Shown one piece after another: positions 29,157 through 41,170 of a DNA stretch of 64,000 bases. Made by a program: the position numbers and the translations under genes. This DNA is from Balanoglossus misakiensis. Its lineage: Eukaryota; Animalia; Hemichordata. Within the stretch, counting starts at the first letter, position 1, and each line of letters starts with the position of its first letter. The stretch is taken from the NCBI GenBank assembly GCA_040954595.2, contig CM082585.2:2262902-2326901 (forward strand), in the 5' to 3' direction. A model generated the notes under the pieces. It had not been told where the DNA came from and made no database searches. It was given only the letters and a program-made list of their open reading frames with translations.

Positions 29157-29345
29157 AGCAGTCAAACCTGCTCATTATGGCTAGTGAAGGGACTTTTCTA
29201 AACTGGCCTTTATAGATAAGTGGCCATTATACCTTGTAGAAAGTCAATTAATGTAGATGTAAATTGCACAGGGACTAGAATAAAGTGGCCACTATATAGA
29301 GGTGGCTGCCTAATAGAGGTGGCCACTCAAACAGGTTTGACTGTA
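29157..29345. mobile_element. Tc1/mariner(pogo)-type MITE
   Basis: cagtcaaacctg ... caggtttgactgta. Confidence 0.6.
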
Positions 29346-29484
29346 TGTTGATTTGTGTCATGAATAGCCGACATTTACCAATGACTGATTGTACAATATA
29401 TGATTTCAGTGTCACATATACATGTATAAGACACTAAGTACAAACCCATACATCTTACTTTCTCTCCAAATTGTAGATACTCAC

Positions 29485-29594
29485 CAACGCATGTATGTTG
29501 AATCCTGGTCTGCAACCACACTGGTAACTGGTTGGTGTGTTGTAACATACTCGTTGGCATGGTGACCAACCAGCTTGATCGCACTCATTGTCAT
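29485..29594 (-). pseudogene. Calcium-binding EGF exon, shortened at 3' end
   Basis: ccctgcag|(D)DNECDQAGWSPCQRVCYNTPTSYQCGCRPGFNIHAL|gtgagt; 110 nt; the sixth Cys (TGC) is out of frame. Confidence 0.8.
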
Positions 29595-29899
29595 CTGCAG
29601 GGAAAACACAAATATCATAAAATGTATTAGAATGAATACATGTGAATTACAGTTGTCTTTGAGTGGACATTTGAAAATATACGACAAGAGAGCAAAATTG
29701 TGTGAAACTTAATAAATATCATCTGGCATACAACTTGGTCATATCATATGTTTATCTGTACCAGTACTGAATACTGATAAACAAACAATGTAGTAACCAA
29801 ATAACATTTAACAAGGTAGTGTTTGAAAGCCAAAAATATCATGCATAAGACAACAAACTCATTGTTTTGGCTCCGAAGTGTAAACAGAGGAGTCTGTCA

Positions 29900-30480
29900 A
29901 GTTGGGTATGAGCTACTACTTCCGTCTGTCAAACTACTTCCGTCCGTCAAGAATTCATACCATTTTCTAGTAGGGGTGTGTAGCTTTATGTTTTTGGCGG
30001 TGGTGTGTAGCTTTGAGGTGTTGAGGAAGAATTGGAACAGTGACAGAAATCGGAACGGATTAGCCAGCAGTGTTTTCACTACCCGCGAGAAAACAGTTGT
30101 GTTTGGCGAGACGATTTTCATACAAATTGGTCAAACTTGTGAAGAACTGCTATCTAACATCGTCATTTGTTTTGCCATGATCAACTTGCCACGATCAGTG
30201 CACTACAATGCGTGAAATTGGACCGCTGTTCTGTTCATTGATCATCACCCCCCCCCCCCTGTATCATGAACATTGTAAGGCAATACATTGAATTCAGCTC
30301 TTCCAGCTAGTGGCCGCACTCGCTTGATTTCCTGTGTGTGTCTCTGGGGACACAAATAATGCATATGCGTCTTTTTCTAATTTGCATATTTTGAATTGGT
30401 TAGGTGTGCCTTGACTTGAACGCGTCAAGCGTACAGGTTGTTATGGAAGTTTCTTTTTAGAACGACTAGTGTTAGTCTGT
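29900..30480. promoter_or_regulatory. Promoter-like CpG-enriched segment
   Basis: Tandem ctacttccgtc (ETS-like), tttggcgg/tttggcga (E2F-like), cgcgaga, attggtt. Confidence 0.3.
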
Positions 30481-31436
30481 GGGCCCAACCAGCAAAAATA
30501 AGTTCTAGAAATGTCATTATGTTGTATAAGAGTTTTGTTCTACATGAAATTAGCTGGAAATGACAGGTGGGAAACTATTGATGTGAAATCAGGTCACTTC
30601 TACCGAAAATGATGGACCAGAGAGCAATGACTTTTTAAAATTATTTCATATACTATGTTCACAACTGCTATGATTGAACTAAATGATTGAACTTTCTGTT
30701 TGAACAATTCATGTATTTTTTTGCTAACACCTACACTACTATAGTCAGCACATGACATTACCTATATACTTGAAAATGGAGAACTTTTTATCAAAACACT
30801 TAAGCTGATCTTGAATGCTGTCTGATATTTTTTTTCAAAATATATTTCTTTCACGTTTAGACTAGTGCTTCTACTTGCACTGTTTTTTTTTCAAAACACA
30901 TTTCTCATAGCTTGCACTGGTGCAATTTGATACGACAATACACAATGAATTCCATCAGTATAACATAAGATACAAAATCTGAGAGGGAAATGACAGAATA
31001 TATTTGTGTGAGGCCATTTGTGTGTGCGGGCCATTTTAAGACTAAATTTAAAACAGTTATTAGAGCCATTGACAAGTGGTTTTTCCCTCTGCCAAGCACC
31101 CACCTTATCAAGCTTCATTCAATATTACATGAGCAAAACAGTTCAGCATTTCACCTTGGTGTTTGCAAATTGTTCCTTTCACCCATATACCAAACCACTG
31201 TTCTCCAAACATGCTGCTCATCAGCCACTACACACTGAGAGAGCACCAGGTGTCCTTGACGCTATTTTTTTAAATTTCTAACTATGGAAAGTGCCTGATA
31301 ACTTTTAATTATTTTCTGTTTTAACATGGTGACTGACTGTAAAGTCTGTCACTTACAACTTCTGTAAGCGCCCTTTTGAAGCAGGAAATGCAAATCCATT
31401 GTTGACCTATCCCCTCCCCACTCAAAAAAAACTTAC

Positions 31437-31556
31437 CTAAACAATTGACATGCTCTGCACTCAGAGAGAAACCATCATCACCACAACTACAGCTGAATCC
31501 ACCCTCTGCATTGAGAAAACCTCCAGCACAAACAGAATCTGAACACTCATTCACAT
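31437..31556 (-). pseudogene. Calcium-binding EGF exon (phase 1-1), third Cys lost
   Basis: ctatttcag|(D)VNECSDSVCAGGFLNAEGGFSCSCGDDGFSLSAEHVNCL|gtaag; 120 nt. Confidence 0.85.
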
Positions 31557-31875
31557 CTGAAAATAGAGAGAAAAAAACATCCGTTGTAATTATTCAAGTC
31601 AATACCAATCCTCCCTTCCTTTAAAAATTTCCATAAAGTGAACAAATTCACATGGCTTTGAAATTAGTATTAACAGTGATATTTATAATATTTCTAACAG
31701 GCCTGACTTTTCTAAACTTTGAGTTTCTTTGTGGATTTGTAGAAATGATCTACAAACTGAGCTGTCAGGTCATAACTGTTTGTGCTTTGGCATGTACACA
31801 TATCCCAGTATGCCCTACATGGTTGGCAGTGAAATTGATAAAATCTTCACCTAAGATTTCAAACTCGTAGATCTT

Positions 31876-32280
31876 AATAGATTCTCACACTCCTGGCATG
31901 CTGAGAGTGTGGGATCAGAGTGTGAGAACAAATCAATCCCACACACTCACTGAATCGAAAGCTGTATATGACGCGAGCGCCGATTGGATGACAAAGCGTT
32001 TTTTAATAACGTGCGCTAAATGTTATCCAATGACACGATAAAGAAACTACATGCCAGATGACAATTCAAGAGTCATTTATTCAATGTTTTAAGACGAATT
32101 TAGCTAATTTGTGCCCGTGTGAGAAATATAATCTCATACACAAAGGACCTATGATCATATTTCCCACACTCGTCAGGGATATTTTGTCCCACACTCGCCT
32201 GCGGCTTGTGTGGGACATAAAATCCCCAACTCATGTCAGAATTATGACCCCTAGTCCTTGGGAGTGTGAGATTCTATTAA
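31876..32280. mobile_element. MITE with ~19-bp TIRs
   Basis: taatagattctcacactcc ... ggagtgtgagattctatta. Confidence 0.7.
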
Positions 32281-33239
32281 TCTCACAACCTTAGGACCTG
32301 GGATAAGATTTCTCAGATGAGTTGGTGATATTTTGGCTTGTGTTAGTCAACATATACCTGATAAGTGTAAAAAATTGCGTCAAGGACACAGTGGTCCCAT
32401 TCAGTCTACACGGAGTACATATACACAGTCAGATCGCACGGTGCTCATTTGCATATGAAAGTTCATCAAGCGAGCGACCGTTAACTTTCAAACAGACGGC
32501 AATAGGCCAGTTTTCAAGGTGATTTTCAACTTGATTTTTACGCTCTGTTGTGCAATAAAATACCATGTTAGCTGGATAAATTACGAAAGTGATTCCCATT
32601 TTTCACTGCATACGTAAATTTTATGAAAATCTGTGGTAATAGTAAAAGTTTTTAACGTGTTTTCGGTGGTATGTTGGTGACCCCGAAAGAGACGTCCACA
32701 AACGTGTCAAAAATCATTTGAAAACGACCTCAGAAAGTAACCAAACTTTCCTGATAGAGAGGTCTAATATCGGTCCCAACATCCGTGAAAAGAAATTAAT
32801 TTGAAATGCTTGCGTAACAGGAAGTGTTGCATTGATCGTGAAACGATAAGTTTACCATGGGGAAACAGTCTTTGAAAGGCAATTCTTAAGTAAAACAGTT
32901 ACTGGATAATGGATAACACCCTAAGGTAACATATTAGCCAAGTTTTAACTTAATTACTGGCCTGATTTCGACACAACATCGATCAATCGCCTACAAATGT
33001 AGGTCCCATATGGACAGAATGCCAGGTTTACCATACATGACTACGTACGTGTGAGGAGCACAGCTGGTGTATTTTTTTTTCTCCGTATCATGGCCTGGGA
33101 TATAAGTAGATGTTTCGAATATGCAAAATGCCAACTGTAACTTCGAAACCATTTCCCTTTATTCGCTGATGATATGTGCAATAAATATTTGTGTCTGAAG
33201 GCAAGCAATTTTGTTTTGACTTTTGTTGTCATCATTGCA

Positions 33240-33990
33240 TTGGGCTGAACATGACAGAGTTTGAGCTGATCAGCTGACTTCAAGTTTCGATTTGGAACAT
33301 ATAATTTGATCATATCAGACAGATATGATGGTCCAAGTCTATGAATGAATTCAAAAATAAGAAATAACATCTTGAAAACAATACGATCAGACACAGGTAA
33401 CCAATGCAACTGAAATTGCATTGATGTAAAAGGTGATTTTGGAACTAGCAGCAATATTTTGAACTTGAATACGACTGATCTCGTACTTAGGGAGCCCAAA
33501 TAAAAGTGAATTACACAAATCTATTCGAAATGCAACAAAAGCAGGAACTTTATTGCTCTGTGGCGGCTTGAGATAAATATTTACAGACAAGTGCAATATG
33601 CTGCAAATGAAAAGCGACTGAATGGCAGATCTGTGCAATCATTGTCAGACAATGAACAGGTTTCAGAGCATCACATGAATTTCTGTAATCCCTCTGGCAG
33701 ATAGATTACCCGAAGTAGCAGAAAAAATAACAAATTCAGTCTTATCGTTATTTAAACACAAGACATTTTCAGACATCCAGTACCGCATAAAGCATTCTGG
33801 GAGCATTCTCGTTGGTAAAAGACAATGAAGAGCCATCTGCATAAAAGCTATATACAGGCATCCATGACTAGAAACTAATTTCCCTAATGGAGAAGTGTAC
33901 ATATTAAAAAGTAGAGGACAAAGAAGTGATCGTTGTGTTACCGCAGTGTCAAGCGGATAAAATGGTGATTGTTTGGAACACGGTTATAGT
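33240..33990 (-). mobile_element. Decayed L2/CR1-group LINE reverse-transcriptase fragment
   Basis: Frameshifted motifs YTSPLG, WMSENVLCLNNDKTEFVIF, RIDLCNSLLFGLP, LHWLPVSDRIVFK..PSYL. Confidence 0.85.
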
Positions 33991-35515
33991 AACCATGTCT
34001 GAAATTAACACATACACACTGGGTGCGATTGAAAAGGTATGACTGAAACCACAACAGGGCTGCAACCCCCAAAAGACCAAATCAATTTCTTTGATGATTC
34101 ATTAAATGTCATCACAGTCACCATCATTGGAATCACAATCACCATTCTTTGAATAATCAGTTTGTTTTTCTTCCGTCCAGTTATATTCATCAGTCAGTTC
34201 GTCAAAGTCAGAATCAGTCTCGTAAATATTTCCCTCTTCTTCTCTTAAAATGTCAAATTCATGTGACTCCTGTAAAATTGCATCAATGCTATTTTCCATA
34301 TTATGATGTTCAGTATCAGTGATTGGTGATGGTGATTCTAATAGTGGTGACTTATCTGTATATTTTGGGCATACCCCATACTTTTTCGATGTGGTACAGA
34401 ATCCAGGATTCCCATTATGTGGATTACTGCAGTCATTACATCGACACGCAGGGCCACAACCATTGTGGGTCTTATAACATTTACAACATCTGCTATTACA
34501 AGTTGGCATCTTTTTGCAGCCACACCCTTTTGTTAGCAACTCCAAATTATTTTTCACTTTTTCTAAATTGGCATCACTGTCCTAAATAATATCAAGTTCG
34601 CCGTTGCTTAGTCTGTATCCATAATTATTGAATAAGGGAAACGTAACATGGCACTGATCGGCCTGGGACCATAACTGAGAGACCCAGCATGATCTTTTCC
34701 AGTGCAGTTGTAGGGCTTCAAAGGAAGGGATACATTCTTCCTCATACTGGATACGTGGGCAAATTGTTTCTCGTATATATGTAAGCCATTTGATGTGGTT
34801 ATCTTTAAGACTGTTAGTGACACTGGCTACTTGTCGATAAAGTTCAAAAGGATGAGATGCATCAAATGCTTGGAAATGTTTCTTAACATAAACACTACCT
34901 TTTAAACGTATGAAAGCGAAAATTCCATTCCCTACACTGTCTACTGTTGTGTCTATCAGTGTTCCAGGTATAAGGGTGCCACTAGTTATAAATTCAGAGT
35001 ATTGAAAAAATGTCTTGTAGAAAGATTTCCTTCCGATGCCTGCAAAGTATAGTCACAACCTGTGCATATGAACAGTGTTTGAAATATTTTGCCTAAATAT
35101 TGGAGGGGAATATGTTGCAAATCAGGGTCTAAATTTAAATCTGATTTGAATTGATTCATGTCTAAATAAGTGAGATTTGATAAATCATTATCAAGTTGTA
35201 CAAATATCTCCTTTTGAACATGTTGATATAGTACTGGGAGGAGAACATGATAAGTATCGGTATCAGGGGAGTAAATAACACCTTTCTTGTAAGAGGACTG
35301 AACTGCATGAAGGATGCATCTACTGTCAGCTTCTTCATGACAACTTTTGGCTTCCCACTCAGACACAATTCCATTACTACCAACGAAAAGATTCTTGTCC
35401 CTATTTTCTCCATCAAAGCCACCTGCTGTAATGAGGACCTGATCACCTTGCAGAGCCGGCACAATTATTTTTAAAGATGTGGCTGACAAGAAGTTCACTA
35501 GTTTTCTCTTGTTTG

Positions 35516-36598
35516 GCTTACAATTGATGTATGTTTTGAGCTAATATTATTGATTACCTATTTTTTATGCATTTTTTTGTATTTTTCCATGTTATTAGTA
35601 AAAAGTCTTCATTTCTGAAAGTGATGGGCTTACTTCTTTGAAATTTAGCATGAAGCTTCCTAATGGTTGTCTGAGTAACCATAGTTTTGTTCAAATTGTT
35701 GCAAAATTTGCATATTTATAATTTTGAGCAATATTTGCCATTTTTGGTCAATTTATTTTTCTTTAAAACCGCATGCCAGATTGCTTTGCAATTTGGTAGG
35801 CATGTTCGTAGGTGTAAGTCAAGTAATATGTTGTAAAAAATGTGATATTTTCATAAATGTGTTATCGGGGAAACTTTTGCAATTTTTGTCAAAAATTGTT
35901 TTCCTGAAACTGTTTGTCATATTGCATAGAACTTTGGCAGCATGTTCCTTGTAGTGATTGAGGTAAGGTATTGTACAATTTTGTGTTTTTGCCACTTTTG
36001 AACAAATATCTTTTGTGAAACTGCTTGTTGATTGCTTTGAAATTTGTTTTTTCTCTGATTGCTTTGAAATTTGGGATATAATTTCATAACACATACATGT
36101 ATATGTGCAACTTTTATTCAATTCTGATATCAGAAATATTCAATATTTAGCGAGTTTTTATGAAAGTTTCTTTGTTTTTGGTTAGCAAATCTTCTCCTTA
36201 ACCAATTATCCAGTTGTTTTGAAAGTTACTGTTTACAAGGAGTCGTTACCCCCAACTTAGACATGTTTACATAACTTCAATAAGCCAGCTGTCAGAGAGA
36301 CCATGGGCTATTAAATTTTTAATTACCAGTGGCAGGTCAGTGTGTGTGTGTGTGTGTGTGTGTGTCTGTCTGTCTGTCTGTTCCAGGGCTGACTGAAAGA
36401 AGTTGCTTCTCATATGTGTTTGTACAGACAATTTTTGGTCAATTTTTGGGCATGTTCCTTGTTAATGTTTTTACATTCCATATTTCTATATCGTAAGATC
36501 ATATCTGCTTGCAATGTCACCTGTAATTTTTATTCTGGTGTGTCACTGTTTCTACATAATCCTCAAATGGGACCACAGTGTCCTTGACGCTATTTTTC
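35516..36598 (+). mobile_element. HINE-like repeat mosaic inserted in the Academ transposase, with associated deletion of coding sequence
   Basis: Interrupts the transposase between TNIFSDDTA and NKRKLVNFL. (GT)n(CTGT)n at 36340-36381. Ends with aatgggaccaca-gtgtc-ctt-gacgc-tattttt. Confidence 0.55.
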
Positions 36599-38132
36599 GC
36601 TGTGTCATCTGAAAATATATTAGTTAGCTCCCTGGCGGTATTAAGTGGTGAAAATACATCAGCACCTTCAAGACAATTGATATACAACCTGCAGTTTGAC
36701 TCATTTATTTTATGTACGCTAACTGAATTATGGGTTTCATTTTGGAAAGGAAATAACTGATCTTTTAGATTCTTGGCAGCCATAGCTCTATAGGGTAAAT
36801 AAATTGCTATTCTCTCCATTAACCCACCTGTAGAAGTATGCAATGCAGCTTTAACATCTTTATTGACACACATTTCATGGGCTTCATCTAGTGCTACATT
36901 AACCCAAGTTGAGCCTGACAAATTGCAAACAAAACCACCTGCTTTGAAATGTAACAACAGAGAGTTTGGCATCTTCAGAAGGTCAGCGAGATGTCTGGGA
37001 ATTAACCTCAAGTACAGGGATCGGTCATATGCATGGAACAGTGGGTTCATTTGTTTCAAAGCCAATATTCGAAGGTTCCAATTTCCTGACCTTATTGCAA
37101 TGTACAAAGACATGTATGCAAACAAATCGTCCTCTATAAATCTAACCCAAAATTTGAAAGTTTTGTCTGTATTTGCCCTTCTGCACAGTACGTGAAATAT
37201 CCCATGATTCATTCTGATTTGTACAATCATTTACTCAGTCAAACCAGGCAAAGTTAACATGTGTAGAGAGAATTGTACACCACTAATATAAATTTTGAGA
37301 TCTTACTTTTAAGGTGAATCTTATTGTCAATTACCATTTCAAATGATTTAGAAAATTATGCATTATTGAGAGAGGAGATACGAATTTTATAAAATAATCA
37401 AGCAATTGCATAGCCAGCCATACAAAAAAGTTTGGAGTAAAACAGGGTCACTTGTAAAACCTGTTTAATCAAACAAAAAGATATTGATTTTTTCTATTGA
37501 CAGAACAATGGAAATTTACATGTTAACTTTCAACAGAGACTGGCCACCTCAGTTAGTCATTGCTTGTTTCCCCTAAAGTGTGACATTTGCAGTACATTGA
37601 TACTTTGATTTCTATGGCTTTTAAATTTTGATTTTGAAATTTACATTCTAATTCCTCAACGTACTTTTCCTAGATAAAAATAAATAGATTTATATGTACT
37701 TCATATCATTGTTAGTATCTAAAACAGAAAAAGTTATTAAATGGGCAACCTTCGATGATACAAATAACGGAGACTTGTGGGTAAAATATCGTACTATGTT
37801 CTGTCACAAAAAATCTGAAATTCCTCTTGCAAGCCAGTAAGTTGAGCCTTAAGGTCACCATTAATTTTGTCAATATGATCAGCTTTATCTTCAGTACATT
37901 CCAAACATTTTGTGACAGCTTCTAGTAAACATTTTTGGACTGTTTCTGTATCTAAGGGACAGTGCTGGGTATTATGGGTTTCACCCCTCTGATTCAAAAA
38001 GGAATTGACAAGACATCTAAACATACGTTCCCAAATTTGTGTTGGGAAGCGATGAGTTAGCTTGAAATTTGTACACTGAACTAGGGTTTCCGAAGTTCCC
38101 CCTTTATGATTGAACCCTGCCAGATGTTTTAA

Positions 38133-38928
38133 GATGGGTCCCTAGGATCTTTTTGCTCGTTGCTATGGGCCTTTATAGGACATTACACCCCGATTTGGAC
38201 TAAGCCGTTTTCAGAGTCTAACAAGGGGCTGGTAACTAGTTGAAAATCTGCACGATTGTGAGCGCGCGCCCCCTGACGCCATTGATATGCAAATTAGCTA
38301 GGTCAAATTTCAAAAGCCTAAGGCTTTTTATTCCGTGACCTCAAAAACGAACTTGATACGTATTCATTAGTTGCTTGAACCAGGGAAGATCGTGACGGAT
38401 TTTGTTTTCGAATATTATCGTTGTATCCTACGATTTCAGCATACCCGTACCACATCTGAAAAAGTCATCGATTTTGGGTGTTTTTGGACGCACTCTTCCA
38501 CCGGTATCGCTTCTTAGCACGACGAAAACAGAAAAAAACGATCCGTCACACTGTGCGGAAGTACGTTCTCAACAAGCAGGTCAAATTTGACTGGCGTACG
38601 TGGCCTATGAAAAAAGCCTTAGGGATTTTCGTGAACGGTACAAAATCTCTGTGTACAAAACATTGGATTTTTAGCGTTCGATCCAGTTACTGTGGTTACA
38701 GGACGCGCACGCTATCGCTGACCGCTGCTTTGCCGTATTAGCGTGGCGGCCTATGGCCGGGCGGTAGCTGCCGTAAACATACTCGGACATGGGGTGTGCA
38801 CACAATCGTGCAGATTTTCAACTAGTTACCAGCCCCTTGTTAGACTCTGAAAACGGCTTAGTCCAAATCGGGGTGTAATGTCCTATAAAGGCCCATAGCA
38901 ACGAGCAAAAAGATCCCAGGGACCCATC
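38133..38928. mobile_element. 796-bp MITE, 128-bp TIRs, TTAA TSD (Kolobok-like)
   Basis: TTAA at 38129-38132 and 38929-38932; termini GA...TC; near-perfect TIRs 38133-38260 / 38801-38928. Removal restores the transposase frame WDADL|KHLAGF...WERMFRC. Confidence 0.92.
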
Positions 38929-39455
38929 TTAAGTCAGCATCCCAGAATATTTTCATGATGACTGGTTGGTAATTTTTTAGAGTATGCCAGTCTCCGATAA
39001 AAGGCTGCAACCAGTCTAAATCTGCACCATACATGTCTTTTAACTTTATCAGGTGATGGAAAGTTTTCCCATCACCAACCACAACCAGGTATTTTATTCT
39101 TACACCAACTCTGAATGTAACATATACAGCTTATTGATAATGTTATGGACAGTTTCAATAGAGTCTGCGTGTTCACTTGATATGCCCAAATAAATGACAT
39201 TTGAGCATTCACTGTCATTACTGTTAGCAGTTGTTGCTAATGTTGATTTAAAATCCCCAAATACTGTTTCTATATCAGCTCTGTGCATTGTATTTTTTGT
39301 AGAGCAAAAATGAATGCGTCAGAAAACAGTTCTGACCAAGCAATGGCTTCTTCTTGTTTAATGTCAAAATCTGACAGCGAAATTGATGACTGTGGTTGAT
39401 GTTGTCTCAGTAGAGGTGGTTTAATTAAATACTACATCATCATGAACAGTATCAT

Positions 39456-41170
39456 ATGATAAACCTGGGGGTTTTATGTGGGAGCAACAGCCTATAAAAT
39501 CCCTTGGGGTTTTCTTTGGATACGATCGACTGAAATGTCTACTTTTGAAATGGGAAAAGAAAATTGAAAGGCTTAAAAGCGTGCTCAACATCTGGTCACG
39601 ACGTAAGCTGAGCCTTTATGGCAAAATTACGGTTTTAAAGTCTTTGGCACTGCCCACAATTTACTACCTTATGCTTAATCTTGGTGCTTTTGAAACGTGG
39701 CTCACGAATATCAACCGTCTTATTTTCAAATTTCTGTGGAATGACAAGCCAGACAAAATCAAAAGGCTCACACTCATTGCCCCTTATGATTGCGGGGGAC
39801 TAAACATGCCTGACATTTTTGCCATCCATGACGCCTTTTGTTCATCATGGGTTCGTAGATTATGTGACAATTCCTCTGCCAAATGGAAGGCCTTGCCACT
39901 GCATTGGCTCGGGCACTATGGTCCAGATTTTCTTATTTTTCATTTCAATTTTAGCAACATTTCCTGTTTCCCATTTCTCGAGAGAATTCCCTTTTTCTAT
40001 AAACAAGTAATTTCAGCTTGGCATAGTGCAAAAGGTGGTTGCGTCACTTTCTCCAAACTCAGTAATTTAGATGTGCGTAATCAAATTATCTGGGGTAATG
40101 TCAACATTTCAGATAATGGTAAGACTCTTTTTTTCCCTGGTTGGATTCACTCAAATATTATCTATGTCCAGGACATTGTCGATACCAACGGCGATTTTCT
40201 TCCACCTACACTGTTGTTACAAAAACTCGAGAATAAGTCAAATTGGATAGTTGAATGGATGAAGTTGCGGAATCTTATTCCCAGAGAATGGAAGTCTGTG
40301 TTGAAAGGTACTCAGTTGCATCAGATGCGTAGAGAAAAGAATTTTCTTCATGTCAATGGAAAAGTTTTTGTTTTACCTAATGATCTGTCTCGCCTTACTT
40401 CAAAATTTTTTACAGTATTTTTGTGCAAAATCGTTTTATTCGTCCATATTGTGAAAATACATGGAATCGTCGTTTGACCATGACTACTCCACTACAGTGG
40501 AGAACTATATGGGTTAACCAAACGACTGGATTGTGTTGTGATAGGAAACTTGCTGAATTTAACTTTAAGATTATGCATAACATTTTGCCATGTGGCATCA
40601 ATCTTTTAAGATGGAAAATTAGTAAAAATGATCTATGTTGTCTTTGAAATGTAACTGATTCTTATGAGCATCTATTTTTAAAATGTCAACGTTTAGGGGA
40701 TTTTTGGCAGCGTTTATCTGCTTTGCTCAGCAAACTTGGCATATGTCATGAGGTCGACTTAGAAACTATTATTCTTGGTTACAAAACTATGTACAGTCAT
40801 CCTCTTTATAGATTTGTAAACATTGTCATTACCATTGCAAAGTATTGTGTATTCGCTTCATGGGTCCATTTACAACATGATATTAACAGCATTAGAGCAA
40901 AAACCAATTTCGATATATTTTACAGATATCTACAATTTATGCACCAAATACTCAAAAGGAATAATAATCTAGATTTCACCCATTATTGGAAGAAAATCCT
41001 TGCTTCCGTCTGAGATGTAATTATTTTGTTAAACAAATGTACCTGGTGAATCTCTTTTTATATAGTATTATTTTTTATTTATTTATTTATTTATTTATTT
41101 CATCAAAACACGATTTATCTTTATGATACATGTAAGATTAAATGAATGGAAATAAAAAAAAAAAAAAAAA
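39456..41170 (+). mobile_element. 5'-truncated Tx1/L1-clade LINE (ORF2 C-terminus, zf-RVT, polyA)
   Basis: 14-bp TSD atgaacagtatcat (39442-39455, 41171-41184); AATAAA-polyA tail; IKSLGV, W..RKLSLYGKITVLKSLA, FLWN.K..KIKR..L..P...GGL, C..*..D..EHLFLKC. One frameshift (~40430) and a stop at 40645. Confidence 0.93.

Noticed and set aside
32370-36598. gcgtcaaggacac.gtggtcccatt at 32376 and its inverse at 36566 as the TIRs of one element
   Set aside because: The motif is subTIR+hairpin+T-run, i.e. a HINE 3' end, and also occurs at ~31250. The pair would straddle the Academ boundary, so these are independent insertions.
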